Both the position numbers and the translations under genes were made by a program. Below, piece after piece: positions 48,837 to 58,249 of a stretch of 64,000 nucleotides of DNA; within the stretch, counting starts at the first letter, position 1; the number at the start of each line of letters is the position of its first letter. Source of the stretch: an uncultured Acidobacteriota bacterium (lineage in GTDB: Bacteria > Acidobacteriota > Vicinamibacteria > Vicinamibacterales > UBA8438); NCBI GenBank assembly GCA_913043225.1, contig CAJWLU010000012.1, positions 32,001 through 96,000 on the forward strand. Direction: 5' to 3'. The notes below the pieces were generated by a model. The model saw only the letters and a list, made by a program, of their open reading frames with translations. It did not search any database and had not been told where the DNA came from.

Positions 48837-50789
48837 ATGTGCACAACTCGGTTTGCCTGCGGGACCGTTCTATTCCTGGTACTGGTGGTGGCGTTTGCCA
48901 CTCTCAGCACCCAAGGCGCCCAGGCGCAGGTGCCTGACCGCGAATGGCACGCCATCGGTCGAGACGGCGCCAATTCAAAGTACTCGCCCCTCCACCAGAT
49001 CACGGCTGACAACTTTACCGAACTAGAGATTGCGTGGACGTGGGACTCGATCTCGCGCGCCGTAACCGCCGAACGGGAAGAATTACGTCCGTCCCCGTTG
49101 ATGGCTACGCCGCTGATGGCCAACGGCCTCGTGTATCTCACCAGCGAGTTCGGGCAGGCCGTGGCCCTTGACGCCCGAACCGGCGAACTCGTGTGGTCGT
49201 ATGATGCCCGCGCGTACGACCTAGTGGACCGTCCCATCAACATGGGTTGGCGGCACCGCGGGCTGACCTACTGGCAGGACGATGCAAGCGACGACGCCCG
49301 CGTCTTCCTAGCCAACCACGACCTGCGGTTGGTGGCGCTCGACGCGCGCACTGGTGCCGTCTATCCCGACTTCGGTGAGAACGGTCTCGTTGATCTCACA
49401 CAGGGCCTCGGACGCGACGTGGACGCCGCCAGGATGACCTACTCGTTCCCCGTGGCGATAGCCGGTGACACCATCATCGTTGGCAGCATTATGCAGGACG
49501 GCGCCATCCAGGTGCTGGAGGCACCGCCCGGACACGTGCGCGCCTATGATGCGCGGACCGGCGACTTGAAGTGGGTGTTCCGTACCGTCCCGCAGGGCGA
49601 CGATTTCGGCGTCGATAGTTGGGGCAACGAGTCGTGGCGCTATAGCGGTCACAGCAACGTCTGGTCCTACATGGCGGTGGATGAAGAACTGGGTTACGTC
49701 TATCTGCCCACTGGCACCCCGTCGAACGACTGGTACGGCGGCATGCGGCCCGGCGACAACCTGTTTGCCGAGAGTGTCATCGCGGTGGACGTCGAGACCG
49801 GCCAGCGCGTGTGGCACTTCCAGGCGATTCATCACGGCATCTGGGACTGGGATTTTCCGACCGGGCCCAACCTACTGGACGTGACCGTGGACGGTCGGCC
49901 CATGAAGATCTTGGCCCAGGTGAGCAAGCAGGCGTTCACCTATGTGTTCGACCGGGTCACCGGCGAGCCGGTGTGGCCGATCGAAGAGCGACCCGTGCCG
50001 GTGGGCGATGTGGAGGGGGAGTGGTATTCGCCGACCCAGCCATTCCCAACTAAACCGGCGCCGTTCGATCGGCAGGGAATCGCGCTCGATGACATCATCG
50101 ACTTCACCTCGGAGATTCGGGCCGAGACGCTCGAGATCATCGATGGTCGAGCACGCCTCGGGCCGTTGTTTTCCACGCCAGTGGTGCGGGGCTCTGGCTT
50201 ACCCTTCATTCAGGTGCCTGGGCCGGGTGGGGGCGCCAACTGGCAGGGGGCGGCTGTCGATCCCCAGACCGGACGACTCTTTGTGTCGTCATCCACCATG
50301 GGATTCCTGGCCGTTCTGGTCGAGCGAGACGTTGTCGGCTACTTCACCGACCCCTGGCCGGTGCGCCTGACTGGGCCCCAGGGGTTGCCGCTCTTCAAGC
50401 CGCCCTACAAGCGGGTGACCGCCATCGACCTAAACACCGGCGACCACGCCTGGCAGGTGCCGCACGGTGACGGACCCAGAAATCATCCCCGCCTGGCCCA
50501 CCTAAACCTCGGTCCCCTCGGTGGCGGTGGCGGCATCAGCTCCGGTCCGTTGGTCACGCCGACCCTGCTCATCATGAACCACGGCGGCCGAGACTACGGT
50601 GACATCAACTCCGGCCTGCGCACTGTCAGCGCCTACGATAAGGCCACGGGCGTGCACCTCGGATCGGTCGACCTGCCGGTGATGCCGGCAGGTAACCCCG
50701 TCACCTACGAGTACGAAGGAAGGCAGTATCTGGTGATTGCGGGTGGGACCGGCGACGACGCGCAGTTGATGGCGCTGACCCTACCCTAG
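48837..50789 (+). CDS. PQQ-dependent dehydrogenase (glucose dehydrogenase-like)
   Basis: KYSPLHQI, HHGIWDWD, GGANWQG, KPPYKRVTAIDL; SD AAGGAG. Confidence 0.9.
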   Translation: MCTTRFACGTVLFLVLVVAFATLSTQGAQAQVPDREWHAIGRDGANSKYSPLHQITADNFTELEIAWTWDSISRAVTAEREELRPSPLMATPLMANGLVYLTSEFGQAVALDARTGELVWSYDARAYDLVDRPINMGWRHRGLTYWQDDASDDARVFLANHDLRLVALDARTGAVYPDFGENGLVDLTQGLGRDVDAARMTYSFPVAIAGDTIIVGSIMQDGAIQVLEAPPGHVRAYDARTGDLKWVFRTVPQGDDFGVDSWGNESWRYSGHSNVWSYMAVDEELGYVYLPTGTPSNDWYGGMRPGDNLFAESVIAVDVETGQRVWHFQAIHHGIWDWDFPTGPNLLDVTVDGRPMKILAQVSKQAFTYVFDRVTGEPVWPIEERPVPVGDVEGEWYSPTQPFPTKPAPFDRQGIALDDIIDFTSEIRAETLEIIDGRARLGPLFSTPVVRGSGLPFIQVPGPGGGANWQGAAVDPQTGRLFVSSSTMGFLAVLVERDVVGYFTDPWPVRLTGPQGLPLFKPPYKRVTAIDLNTGDHAWQVPHGDGPRNHPRLAHLNLGPLGGGGGISSGPLVTPTLLIMNHGGRDYGDINSGLRTVSAYDKATGVHLGSVDLPVMPAGNPVTYEYEGRQYLVIAGGTGDDAQLMALTLP

Positions 50790-50836
50790 CTGGTCCGGGC
50801 GTCTCGGTTGGCCCTCTAACTGCCGCCCACTCCCGT

Positions 50837-50930
50837 TTGCTCCGCTCCATGAGTCGCCGTGGGAACTGTCTCGACAACGCCGAGATCGAGAGCGGGTTCT
50901 CCACGGTGAGGCAGGAACTCGGCACCAGAC
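50837..50930 (+). mobile_element. IS3-family transposase remnant
   Basis: SMSRRGNCLDNAEIESGFSTVRQE matches the IS3 integrase-core motif SxxGNxxDNAxxESF. Confidence 0.75.
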
Positions 50931-51027
50931 GCCATGTCTTTCACGGGATTGTGGATGTAGGTCAGCACGTTCAACATGCCGACGCTGGTTCGGTACGGAG
51001 CATGAACCAAGACCACCCGCTCGCTGG

Positions 51028-51933
51028 CTACTGAACCTGCAGGCGCCGGAACAGCTCCTGCACCTCCCCGGTCGAGCTTGCGCCGTTCAGGTCGAACGAC
51101 CAGTAGCACTCTTCCTTCAGCTGGCTCATCCTGAGCTGCATCACGCCCTGTGACTTGTGTTCGGCGATGACCCAGTTGCCGATAATCTCGAAGTTCAGCC
51201 GGTCGTTGAAACCGAGCGTCTGGGTGCGGTCGAAGCGGGCTACCGGTCCGCCTGACGCCGTGGTGAGCGGATAGCCGTCGAGACCGCTGAATTCGAACGC
51301 CTGGTCGCCTAGCGCGCAGGCGAATCCACCCAGCACCACTGGCCGGCCTGACGCCGGCAGCTGTTCCGCTGCCTGCAGCGCCAGTATGGTTGCCCCCTTG
51401 TGGTGGCCGTGGGTCTCGGTGAACGGGACGGCGCTGATGATCAGGTCGTAGCCGCCATCTCGGAGGATGCCAGCCAGCCGCTGTCGAACCCAGTCAGCGT
51501 CCCAGATGTCGGCCAGCACTGGTGCCACATCGGTGGTGAACGCGTTGTCCAACTGGTCGAAGAAAAAGTACTTGCTGATGCCTACGATGTCCCCGCCAGC
51601 CATTAGTTCCCGCTTTCTGATCGCCGGCAGATGTTGGCGTGCGACCTCCTCGTTGGTCAGTTCGACGCCGTAGATCTCCTCGGCGAACGTTGAGTAGCGG
51701 TAGCCGCCGCTTCCGTCGGTCACCAGTGCCAGGTCGACCGTGCCGTCGAGTTGGTGCGTTAGCTGGTAGAGCACGCCGCTGAATGCCGCGTCGTCATCGG
51801 GATGGGCGATGACCACCAGGGTCTTAGGACTGTCCGGTATCCGTCCTTGAGCCGAGGCCTCGGTGGGAAACAGCGATCCCGCGAGTTGGGCGATGGCGAG
51901 GACTGAGACGGTGTGGCGGACGCACAGCGGCAT
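51028..51933 (-). CDS. Secreted PIG-L/LmbE family deacetylase
   Basis: IAHPDD, TDGSGG, IRKRE, HGHH, HKSQ. Confidence 0.85.
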   Translation of the reverse strand: MPLCVRHTVSVLAIAQLAGSLFPTEASAQGRIPDSPKTLVVIAHPDDDAAFSGVLYQLTHQLDGTVDLALVTDGSGGYRYSTFAEEIYGVELTNEEVARQHLPAIRKRELMAGGDIVGISKYFFFDQLDNAFTTDVAPVLADIWDADWVRQRLAGILRDGGYDLIISAVPFTETHGHHKGATILALQAAEQLPASGRPVVLGGFACALGDQAFEFSGLDGYPLTTASGGPVARFDRTQTLGFNDRLNFEIIGNWVIAEHKSQGVMQLRMSQLKEECYWSFDLNGASSTGEVQELFRRLQVQ

Positions 51934-52001
51934 GCGTGCAGTCTGTCACCCACGGTGGTGGAACGTCGAGGGGGAACAGCGGTGGCCTCGAGGTCACGCA
52001 G

Positions 52002-52946
52002 CTAGCGTCCGGCCCGCTCCTCGGCACGTGCTCCGCCCAGCATACTGGTCATGGCGTAGTTGTTCCCCTCGTGGCAGGCGTACTCATACATCGCGTAGTT
52101 GTCGTTCCGGGATAGCCCAATTCCGACCTTCCAGGACGTTACCCAGGTCTCTGGATCGCTGATGGTCGCCTCGTAGTCAAGCGTGTTCTGATCGGTCAGC
52201 GTAAACATCTCGACCACCTTTAGGTGCTCTGTGTGCGCGTGGCCCCGGATGGCGCTCTTGTTGGTGAAGTTGGCCGTTTCTACCAAAAGGGTGTTTCCGT
52301 CGAAGTAACCGCGTGATCGTCCCATCCATTGGCTGATGTCGGACGACGAGAGTGGTCCGTCAGTCAGCGGGATCACGCGAACGTCGTGAATCATCTCGTA
52401 GCGCAGGATGACGTAACCAGGAATTTGCAGAATTTGATAGGCGTTGTTGTAGAGCGACGGGAACGTTGACGCTGGGATACCGCGCGTGATGCAGCGGACC
52501 CACGGATCCAGGTAGGTGTAGTTATCGAACCCCCGTCGACAGATCTCATCAATTCGGTCGCTGCCCGCGTCGGTGAGGGCGGGGACCCGCCCGTTCTCCG
52601 GGTCAGAAATCAGGCTCGGCCGCACGTTACCGACATCGAGAGAGGTCTCGAACCAATGCTCCGGCGGTCCGATGCCCGCGCCACCTTCGAGTTTCGGAAT
52701 CGGCTCGTCTGATGGGAAGCACGTGCCGGTACCGATAAGCAGCCGTGACGCCCGTTCGCCTGGCGGGGGAGGGGTTTCCAGGCTAAACCCCTCGCCGAGG
52801 TCGAAATTGGTCCAGATACCGCGCAAGTCGGGGTCGCCCCACGGGGTGGTTGATTGAGCGCTTGCAGCCCCGGCCAGGAAAATGAGCGCAAGAAAACAGC
52901 CCACTGTTGGTCGGAATGACGCCATAGGAGTGTTTATTCGTCGCAT
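52002..52946 (-). CDS. Secreted EYACHEGN-family protein (copy 6)
   Basis: TPWGDPDLRGIW, VRCITRG, YNNAYQI, MYEYACHEGN. Confidence 0.87.
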   Translation of the reverse strand: MRRINTPMASFRPTVGCFLALIFLAGAASAQSTTPWGDPDLRGIWTNFDLGEGFSLETPPPPGERASRLLIGTGTCFPSDEPIPKLEGGAGIGPPEHWFETSLDVGNVRPSLISDPENGRVPALTDAGSDRIDEICRRGFDNYTYLDPWVRCITRGIPASTFPSLYNNAYQILQIPGYVILRYEMIHDVRVIPLTDGPLSSSDISQWMGRSRGYFDGNTLLVETANFTNKSAIRGHAHTEHLKVVEMFTLTDQNTLDYEATISDPETWVTSWKVGIGLSRNDNYAMYEYACHEGNNYAMTSMLGGARAEERAGR

Positions 52947-53042
52947 GATCCGCTGCTCCCTCATTATCTAGCCGAGTTCGGCCTAGTTGATACCGTCGTC
53001 CCTAGGAACCTGCCTAATCTATTCGGACCAGCGATTACTAGA

Positions 53043-53172
53043 GAACGGCGCTGAACGTGTGAGATAGGCCGAGACGGTGAAGAAATAGAGCATTCTAGAC
53101 CGAGGAGTAATGCAGGTCACACGTGATTTAGCGCCGTTCGAATGCAGCGGGATTTTCACCGCGGTCTGCTAG
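53043..53172. repeat. Inverted-repeat element, possible MITE remnant ending in CTAG
   Basis: GAACGGCGCT..CGTGTGA (53043-53062) pairs with TCACACG..AGCGCCGTTC (53117-53139); followed by GGGATTTTCACCGCGGTCTGCTAG. Confidence 0.55.
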
Positions 53173-54047
53173 GGCGTGACGGTGACTTTCAGGTAGCCGT
53201 TCGTCCAGCAGCACTGGTTGCCGGACGAGCTGTCGACCCGGCCGAAGTTGTCGCCGCGTACCCGGAGGACATACTGGCCAGGCTGGTCGAAGGTTGCTTC
53301 GGTGGTGCCCATTCCCTGGGTGTCCTCAAGCGACACTGAGTATTCGCTGAAGATGACGTCGCCAGGACCGGTGTGCTTGAACCAGCTCAGCCGCATCGCC
53401 GTGGCGTTGCTCCGTCGTCTGACCGGGAGCAGTTCTTCGTCGCGCACGCTGTCATCGTTGAGCCAGACCGAGAGCGGCAGTGGCGTGCCCACTGAGGCTG
53501 TCATCGGCTCGCCCTCCACCCCTGAGGGGCCCCGGCCGGTCGGGCCGTCGGCGCTGAAGCTGAGCAGCGGCGGTTGTGACCCCATGGCCATCGGCCAGCG
53601 CAGCTGGTAGGCGCCGGTCTGTGCGCTGCCGGGCACGCTGAAAGTCTGTTCCTGGTTGACCAGGGTCCAGACCACCTCGCCACTGAATCCTGGGGGGATC
53701 GTCACGGTAAACACGCCGCGCTCCCGACCCCGACGTCTACGTGGACGGTCGCTACCATGTCCGGCCGGTGGGAACGAGGTCGGTTGGCCGCCGTCGAACT
53801 CGGCCGGCTCGATGAAGTTTGCAGCGCCGTGGGGAATTTCTACGACTTCGTTCAGGTTCAAATTGGAGTAGCCGAACGAAAGGGTCACCGTACCGTCGTC
53901 GTTCCGATACCAACCGTCGAAGAACGGGGCCACTCGCAATCCGTTGGGTGGTAGGGGAGTCAGCGGTCGCTGCCGTTGGGCTCCTAACGGGAGAGCGCTG
54001 ATCAGCAGCACGGTTGCGACGCCGCCCACAAGCCATCGTCTAGGCAC
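53169..54047 (-). CDS. Secreted hypothetical protein with Ig/PKD-like C-terminal domain and vicinal Cys
   Basis: GGAGG before GTG; PFFDGWYRNDDGTVTLSFGY; ATFDQPGQYVLRV; NQCCWTNG. Confidence 0.8.
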   Translation of the reverse strand: MPRRWLVGGVATVLLISALPLGAQRQRPLTPLPPNGLRVAPFFDGWYRNDDGTVTLSFGYSNLNLNEVVEIPHGAANFIEPAEFDGGQPTSFPPAGHGSDRPRRRRGRERGVFTVTIPPGFSGEVVWTLVNQEQTFSVPGSAQTGAYQLRWPMAMGSQPPLLSFSADGPTGRGPSGVEGEPMTASVGTPLPLSVWLNDDSVRDEELLPVRRRSNATAMRLSWFKHTGPGDVIFSEYSVSLEDTQGMGTTEATFDQPGQYVLRVRGDNFGRVDSSSGNQCCWTNGYLKVTVTP

Positions 54048-54142
54048 TGGCGTTTCCTCCATCAAGACGCGTCCGAAACGCGAAAGAGCCCCTCGATATC
54101 GAGAGGCTCCCTCGCGCCGGCAATCCGTCAAAGCTTGTCCGG

Positions 54143-55462
54143 CTACGGCTGTTCGGTGGTCTCCAATGCGAGTCGTTCCTCCCGCTCGGCCACCAGTTGC
54201 TCGTACCCCTTGTCGTCGAGGTGCGTGACGGCGATCCAGGCGTGCGACATCTCATCCGCCGTGCGACTGCCACGTCCCACCCACTGAGTCGGATCGGGGT
54301 TCTGTTTGTTCCCGGCCGTGTTGTCGTAGTAGCCGGTGATTACCAGGACGGATCCTGCCGGCACCAGCGGTGCCGAGTCGTCGGCGTAGATGTGGCTGGT
54401 GTGCCAGTCGTTCGTCCAATCAGAGACCGAGCTGACCATCTCCAGATCACCCGTCTTCGGGTCAAAGATCTCAAGCGTCTTACCCACTAGGCGGAAGTGA
54501 CCGTGCGGCTGGAAGCTGTCGATCCGCACCGGGGTGTCGAAGGAATGGAAGCCCTGGGTCATCGCCGTGCCGTGCGGCTGGAGCTCGAGCTCGCTACCCT
54601 TCATCAGGAGGGAATAGAGTTTGAGGTCCTGCTGGTATTTGCCCTCGTGGTCTTCCGGATAGAGCCACACTCCCATCTCGATGACGTCGTCCTCGATGAC
54701 CTCACCGGTGGGGTAGTAGTGGACGTCCCAGGTGACCATCGAGTCGGCCGGGAGCCGTCGGCACGCGTCCTCGGGAACAACCTCGCCCACTTTGCCCAGC
54801 GCGTATTCTGAGAGCCGCTCTACCTCGACCCACTCCTCGGTCTCTTCATCGAACCCGAGTAGCCGGCTGTTCGCGTGGTGCGCGGCGGCGCGGCCCTGAG
54901 GCGACGGCTTGACGGAGACCGCCTTGATACAGCGATCTTCGGTCATGCCGGTTGGCGTGATTGGGCGCCACCAAACGTCCTGGCCATCGGCCGCTAGGGT
55001 ATACGGCTTGGTCTTGATGATCAGATCGGGCGGACCGAACTGTTCCGCGTAGGCCCACTCGCTGAGGTCTGGGAACGACAGCGGCGGCGGGAGGTCGGCC
55101 GGGTCGCCCATCGGTGCGCCAGCGTCCACCCAACTGGAGATCGCCTCGATCTCGGACAGGCTTAGCCGGAGGTCGTCCTTTAGATTCTGAATGCCGATGT
55201 CGCGGTCGTAGCGATAGGGCGGCATCTCGCCCGTCACCACCCGGTTCTTGATGGACCGGGCCCAGGGCCGCACTTCCTGGTAGGTGGTCAGCGACATCGG
55301 GCCGATCGAGCCGGGTCGGTGGCACTGCTGACAGTTCTTCTGGAAGATCGGCGCAATGTCTTTGGAGAACGTTACCTCGTGCGCATCGCTGGGCGTCTGA
55401 GCGGCCGCGGGCGCACTAAAGGCAAGAAGGACTGCGATTCCTAGACTCGAGGCAACACGCAT
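54143..55462 (-). CDS. Cytochrome c / copper type II (PHM-like) monooxygenase fusion, secreted
   Basis: TFSKDIAPIFQKNCQQCH, MPP; AHHA, DVHY, PHGH, DEM. Confidence 0.82.
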   Translation of the reverse strand: MRVASSLGIAVLLAFSAPAAAQTPSDAHEVTFSKDIAPIFQKNCQQCHRPGSIGPMSLTTYQEVRPWARSIKNRVVTGEMPPYRYDRDIGIQNLKDDLRLSLSEIEAISSWVDAGAPMGDPADLPPPLSFPDLSEWAYAEQFGPPDLIIKTKPYTLAADGQDVWWRPITPTGMTEDRCIKAVSVKPSPQGRAAAHHANSRLLGFDEETEEWVEVERLSEYALGKVGEVVPEDACRRLPADSMVTWDVHYYPTGEVIEDDVIEMGVWLYPEDHEGKYQQDLKLYSLLMKGSELELQPHGTAMTQGFHSFDTPVRIDSFQPHGHFRLVGKTLEIFDPKTGDLEMVSSVSDWTNDWHTSHIYADDSAPLVPAGSVLVITGYYDNTAGNKQNPDPTQWVGRGSRTADEMSHAWIAVTHLDDKGYEQLVAEREERLALETTEQP

Positions 55463-55533
55463 ACTGACACCTCTCGAAAGCACTCTGGTTGCGACTACGC
55501 GCATCCTACTACAGAAACACGCCGGAGAGCCGC

Positions 55534-56544
55534 CTATGGTTGGCAGGACGAAGCCACCGTCGTCACCGACGTCAGGTTCAAGCGGCTGACCGGTTCGGCC
55601 GGGATGAGCAACGCCTTCACGAGTACCGTCTGGTTCCGCAGTGATGGCAGGTTGAACTCCGACGCGCCGATCAGCTGGAACTGACCCTGGCCACCGGTCG
55701 GGCCCTCGTGTGGCTGGTCTGTGGGAGGGCCGTTGGCGATGCTGGCCACCGGGTCGGTGGCGCCGGTCAACATCCAAGCGCCGGGCCCGGTTTCGACGAC
55801 GCAGCCGGTTACCGAGACGACCTGGACGTTTGACGGGGAACTTCGCGGTCGGTCCGACGACGTGGTTGGCGGTGGCGCGGGCGGCCGTGGCTCCGATGTA
55901 CCTCCGCTTCGCGGAGCATCCTTCTTCCACCAGGGATTGCCGTAGTTGAGGAACGGGCCGCTGTCCTCGGAGATGGTGGTCTGGACCCGGTAGTTGAAGG
56001 GCGAGAGCAGCCGGACGGTGCTTCTGACGCGGATCGTCTTGCGGTTATGGACGAACGGTGCACCGTCGAACCTGATGGTGAACACGCCGCCTAGGTCGCC
56101 AGTGACTGTCCCGGTCTGAAGATACGAGTAGCCGCGGCTGTCGTTCACCATCCGTGCGATGGTGAGGTTGTCTCTCAGGTAGCCGATGGTCTCTCGAATG
56201 GTGACCGGCCCGTCGTCTCCCATCGCCTCGGTGATTGCCTCGAAATAGCCATCATCAAGGGCCTTGAACTCGGTGGTGCCGTCCAGGCTGCCGGCTGGGC
56301 CAAGCGCGCTGTCAGGATAATCCCAGGAAAACGCCCACCTGCCGCTGAAGTAGCGTGCGAAATCGAGTTGAGGCACATCGTCATCCGGCCTGGTCGGCCG
56401 GTCGAGGTTCGGCATCTGGCTGGTCGGCCGATCAGAGGTCGGAGGCGCTTGTTCTGGGACCTGACCTTGAATGACAGCGTCCGAGCACGCGATCGCAACA
56501 AGGGTGAGGCCACAGCCCGCCGACTGTCGCCACCTGCTTCGCAT
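55534..56544 (-). CDS. Secreted two-domain hypothetical protein, possible lipoprotein
   Basis: LVAIAC; beta-rich N-terminal domain, Pro linker, C-terminal VTGCV...ASSC domain. Confidence 0.75.
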   Translation of the reverse strand: MRSRWRQSAGCGLTLVAIACSDAVIQGQVPEQAPPTSDRPTSQMPNLDRPTRPDDDVPQLDFARYFSGRWAFSWDYPDSALGPAGSLDGTTEFKALDDGYFEAITEAMGDDGPVTIRETIGYLRDNLTIARMVNDSRGYSYLQTGTVTGDLGGVFTIRFDGAPFVHNRKTIRVRSTVRLLSPFNYRVQTTISEDSGPFLNYGNPWWKKDAPRSGGTSEPRPPAPPPTTSSDRPRSSPSNVQVVSVTGCVVETGPGAWMLTGATDPVASIANGPPTDQPHEGPTGGQGQFQLIGASEFNLPSLRNQTVLVKALLIPAEPVSRLNLTSVTTVASSCQP

Positions 56545-56555
56545 GATCCGTAGCG

Positions 56556-57974
56556 CTACTGGTCCTGCGACGTTGTTGCAGGCACCTTGGTGAGATCCTG
56601 GCTATCCACCGAGAACTGGATGGTCGGTTGATACATCTCGTCCCAGCTTTGCTCCGACCAGTAGACCGGCTTCTCAGGCGCGGGGTTCCAGCGGTTGCCG
56701 GGCGAGTTGTCGTAGATGGCCACGTTGGTGATCTTGCTGCCGGCGGGCACCTTCAGCGGCATTTCCAGTTCGTACTGAATCTGCCAATTGAAGTCGTATT
56801 CCGGTACATCGAGGATCACTTCCTCGCTTCCGTCTGGATAGGTTACCCACCACTTCATGCTCTTGCCGCGCAGGTGCATGTGCGGTGTTAGCGAGTAGAC
56901 CGTGATCGGCTCGTTGACGGGCGTGATCCCCATCACCCGATGTGCCTCTTCGTAGGGCGGAATCAATGGCCTCGCGGGACTGCGCCGACTGTTGACGGCG
57001 TAGCGCAGTTCCTGGCCTGACGAGAAGTACAGCCCCCGGCCGCCGCTCTTCGGCACCGGGGAACCGGCCTGCAGATTCAGCACCTCGTGTGTCACTGGGT
57101 TCTTGGCGAACCACAAGCCGAGCCGGCTGCGGTCTGTTTCGACCTGGCCGGTCGGGTTGTAGTGCAACACCCAGCGGATGTACTTCCCGGCCGGAATCCG
57201 CTTGGCGAATCCGTCGGGGTGTGATTCGTAGCCGCGACCAGGCACGTAAGACAGCAGTTTGTTCGCGCCCGCTAGCGGGTCGTCGTTCCCTGAACTGGCA
57301 GCCCGGCCCATGGGCTGGCTCGGAGGTACCTGGCTGCCGTCCTCGTCGTGCAGATACCCGTCAGTCACGGAGTAGCCCTCCGGAATGTCGACAATGTAGG
57401 CGCCCGAGTGATGCACCACCGCATGGTTCTCGGGACGTAGTTCCAGGCCGGAGGCCCACCGGTCTTGGGCGAAGGGAATCGGCTGATAGAAGTAGAGGTA
57501 GGGTTCGGCGCCGTCCGGCTTGATCGTCCATTCGACGGGCTGCTCGAAGATGTAGTCCGGTTCACCTAGCTGCCAGCCGGTGGTGAAGGTTGGCGGCTCC
57601 GGCAGGTCGGCATCATTACCTGGCGGTGCGCCGCCTTCGACCCACGCCACGATGGTGTCGATCTCGTCCTGTATGAGTCGGTTGTCGTTCCGCATCTTCA
57701 TGCTGGTTGGAGTCGCGCCCCACGGCGGCATCTCGCCCGAGACAACCCGGGCCTGGATCGACCGTGCCCATGGACGCGTGCTCTTGTAGTCCAAGAACGA
57801 CATCGGACCAATTTCTCCCTGGCGATGGCATCTGACGCACTTCTGGTACAGGATGGGTGCGACGTCCTTGGCAAACGTCGGCGCGGCGCCGGGCGCTTCG
57901 TTGGCATGTGCGCCTCCAGCCGCCGGTGCTGTCAGAGTAACCGCTACCGCTAGTATTGAGAGAGGACGCTGCAT
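56556..57974 (-). CDS. Cytochrome c / copper type II (PHM-like) monooxygenase fusion, secreted
   Basis: TFAKDVAPILYQKCVRCH, MPPW; VVHH, VLHY, PHMH, YDFNWQ, DEM; SD AAGGAG. Confidence 0.85.
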   Translation of the reverse strand: MQRPLSILAVAVTLTAPAAGGAHANEAPGAAPTFAKDVAPILYQKCVRCHRQGEIGPMSFLDYKSTRPWARSIQARVVSGEMPPWGATPTSMKMRNDNRLIQDEIDTIVAWVEGGAPPGNDADLPEPPTFTTGWQLGEPDYIFEQPVEWTIKPDGAEPYLYFYQPIPFAQDRWASGLELRPENHAVVHHSGAYIVDIPEGYSVTDGYLHDEDGSQVPPSQPMGRAASSGNDDPLAGANKLLSYVPGRGYESHPDGFAKRIPAGKYIRWVLHYNPTGQVETDRSRLGLWFAKNPVTHEVLNLQAGSPVPKSGGRGLYFSSGQELRYAVNSRRSPARPLIPPYEEAHRVMGITPVNEPITVYSLTPHMHLRGKSMKWWVTYPDGSEEVILDVPEYDFNWQIQYELEMPLKVPAGSKITNVAIYDNSPGNRWNPAPEKPVYWSEQSWDEMYQPTIQFSVDSQDLTKVPATTSQDQ

Positions 57975-58138
57975 TCCTATCTCCTTCAAGGGTTATATTT
58001 GCTATTAGACTCGCCTTGAGGCGCTGGGGCAACTTCTGTCTTATCGTACCTTTTCGAGAAGCGCTGAAAACCCAAGTACAGATTGCCGAAGCTGAACGCC
58101 TGCTCGTGGAGAAGACGAGGCGTACCCGCTATTCCGCC

Positions 58139-58244
58139 ATGAGATACACGCAACTCTTTCTCTCTGCTCTCCTCGTGTGCTCCTGTGCGCCTGGGCCCCA
58201 GAGCACGGATTGGTCCACCTATCTGGGCGATCCAGGGATGACCT
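58139..58244 (+). pseudogene. 5' fragment of a lipoprotein PQQ-dehydrogenase-like gene
   Basis: MRYTQLFLSALLVCSCAPGPQSTDWSTYLGDPG, then similarity ends. Confidence 0.5.
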
Positions 58245-58249
58245 GGCCG

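Noticed and set aside
55463..55930. Extension of the 595-aa monooxygenase ORF
   Set aside because: Overlaps the 55534 gene; signal peptide and SD are at 55462
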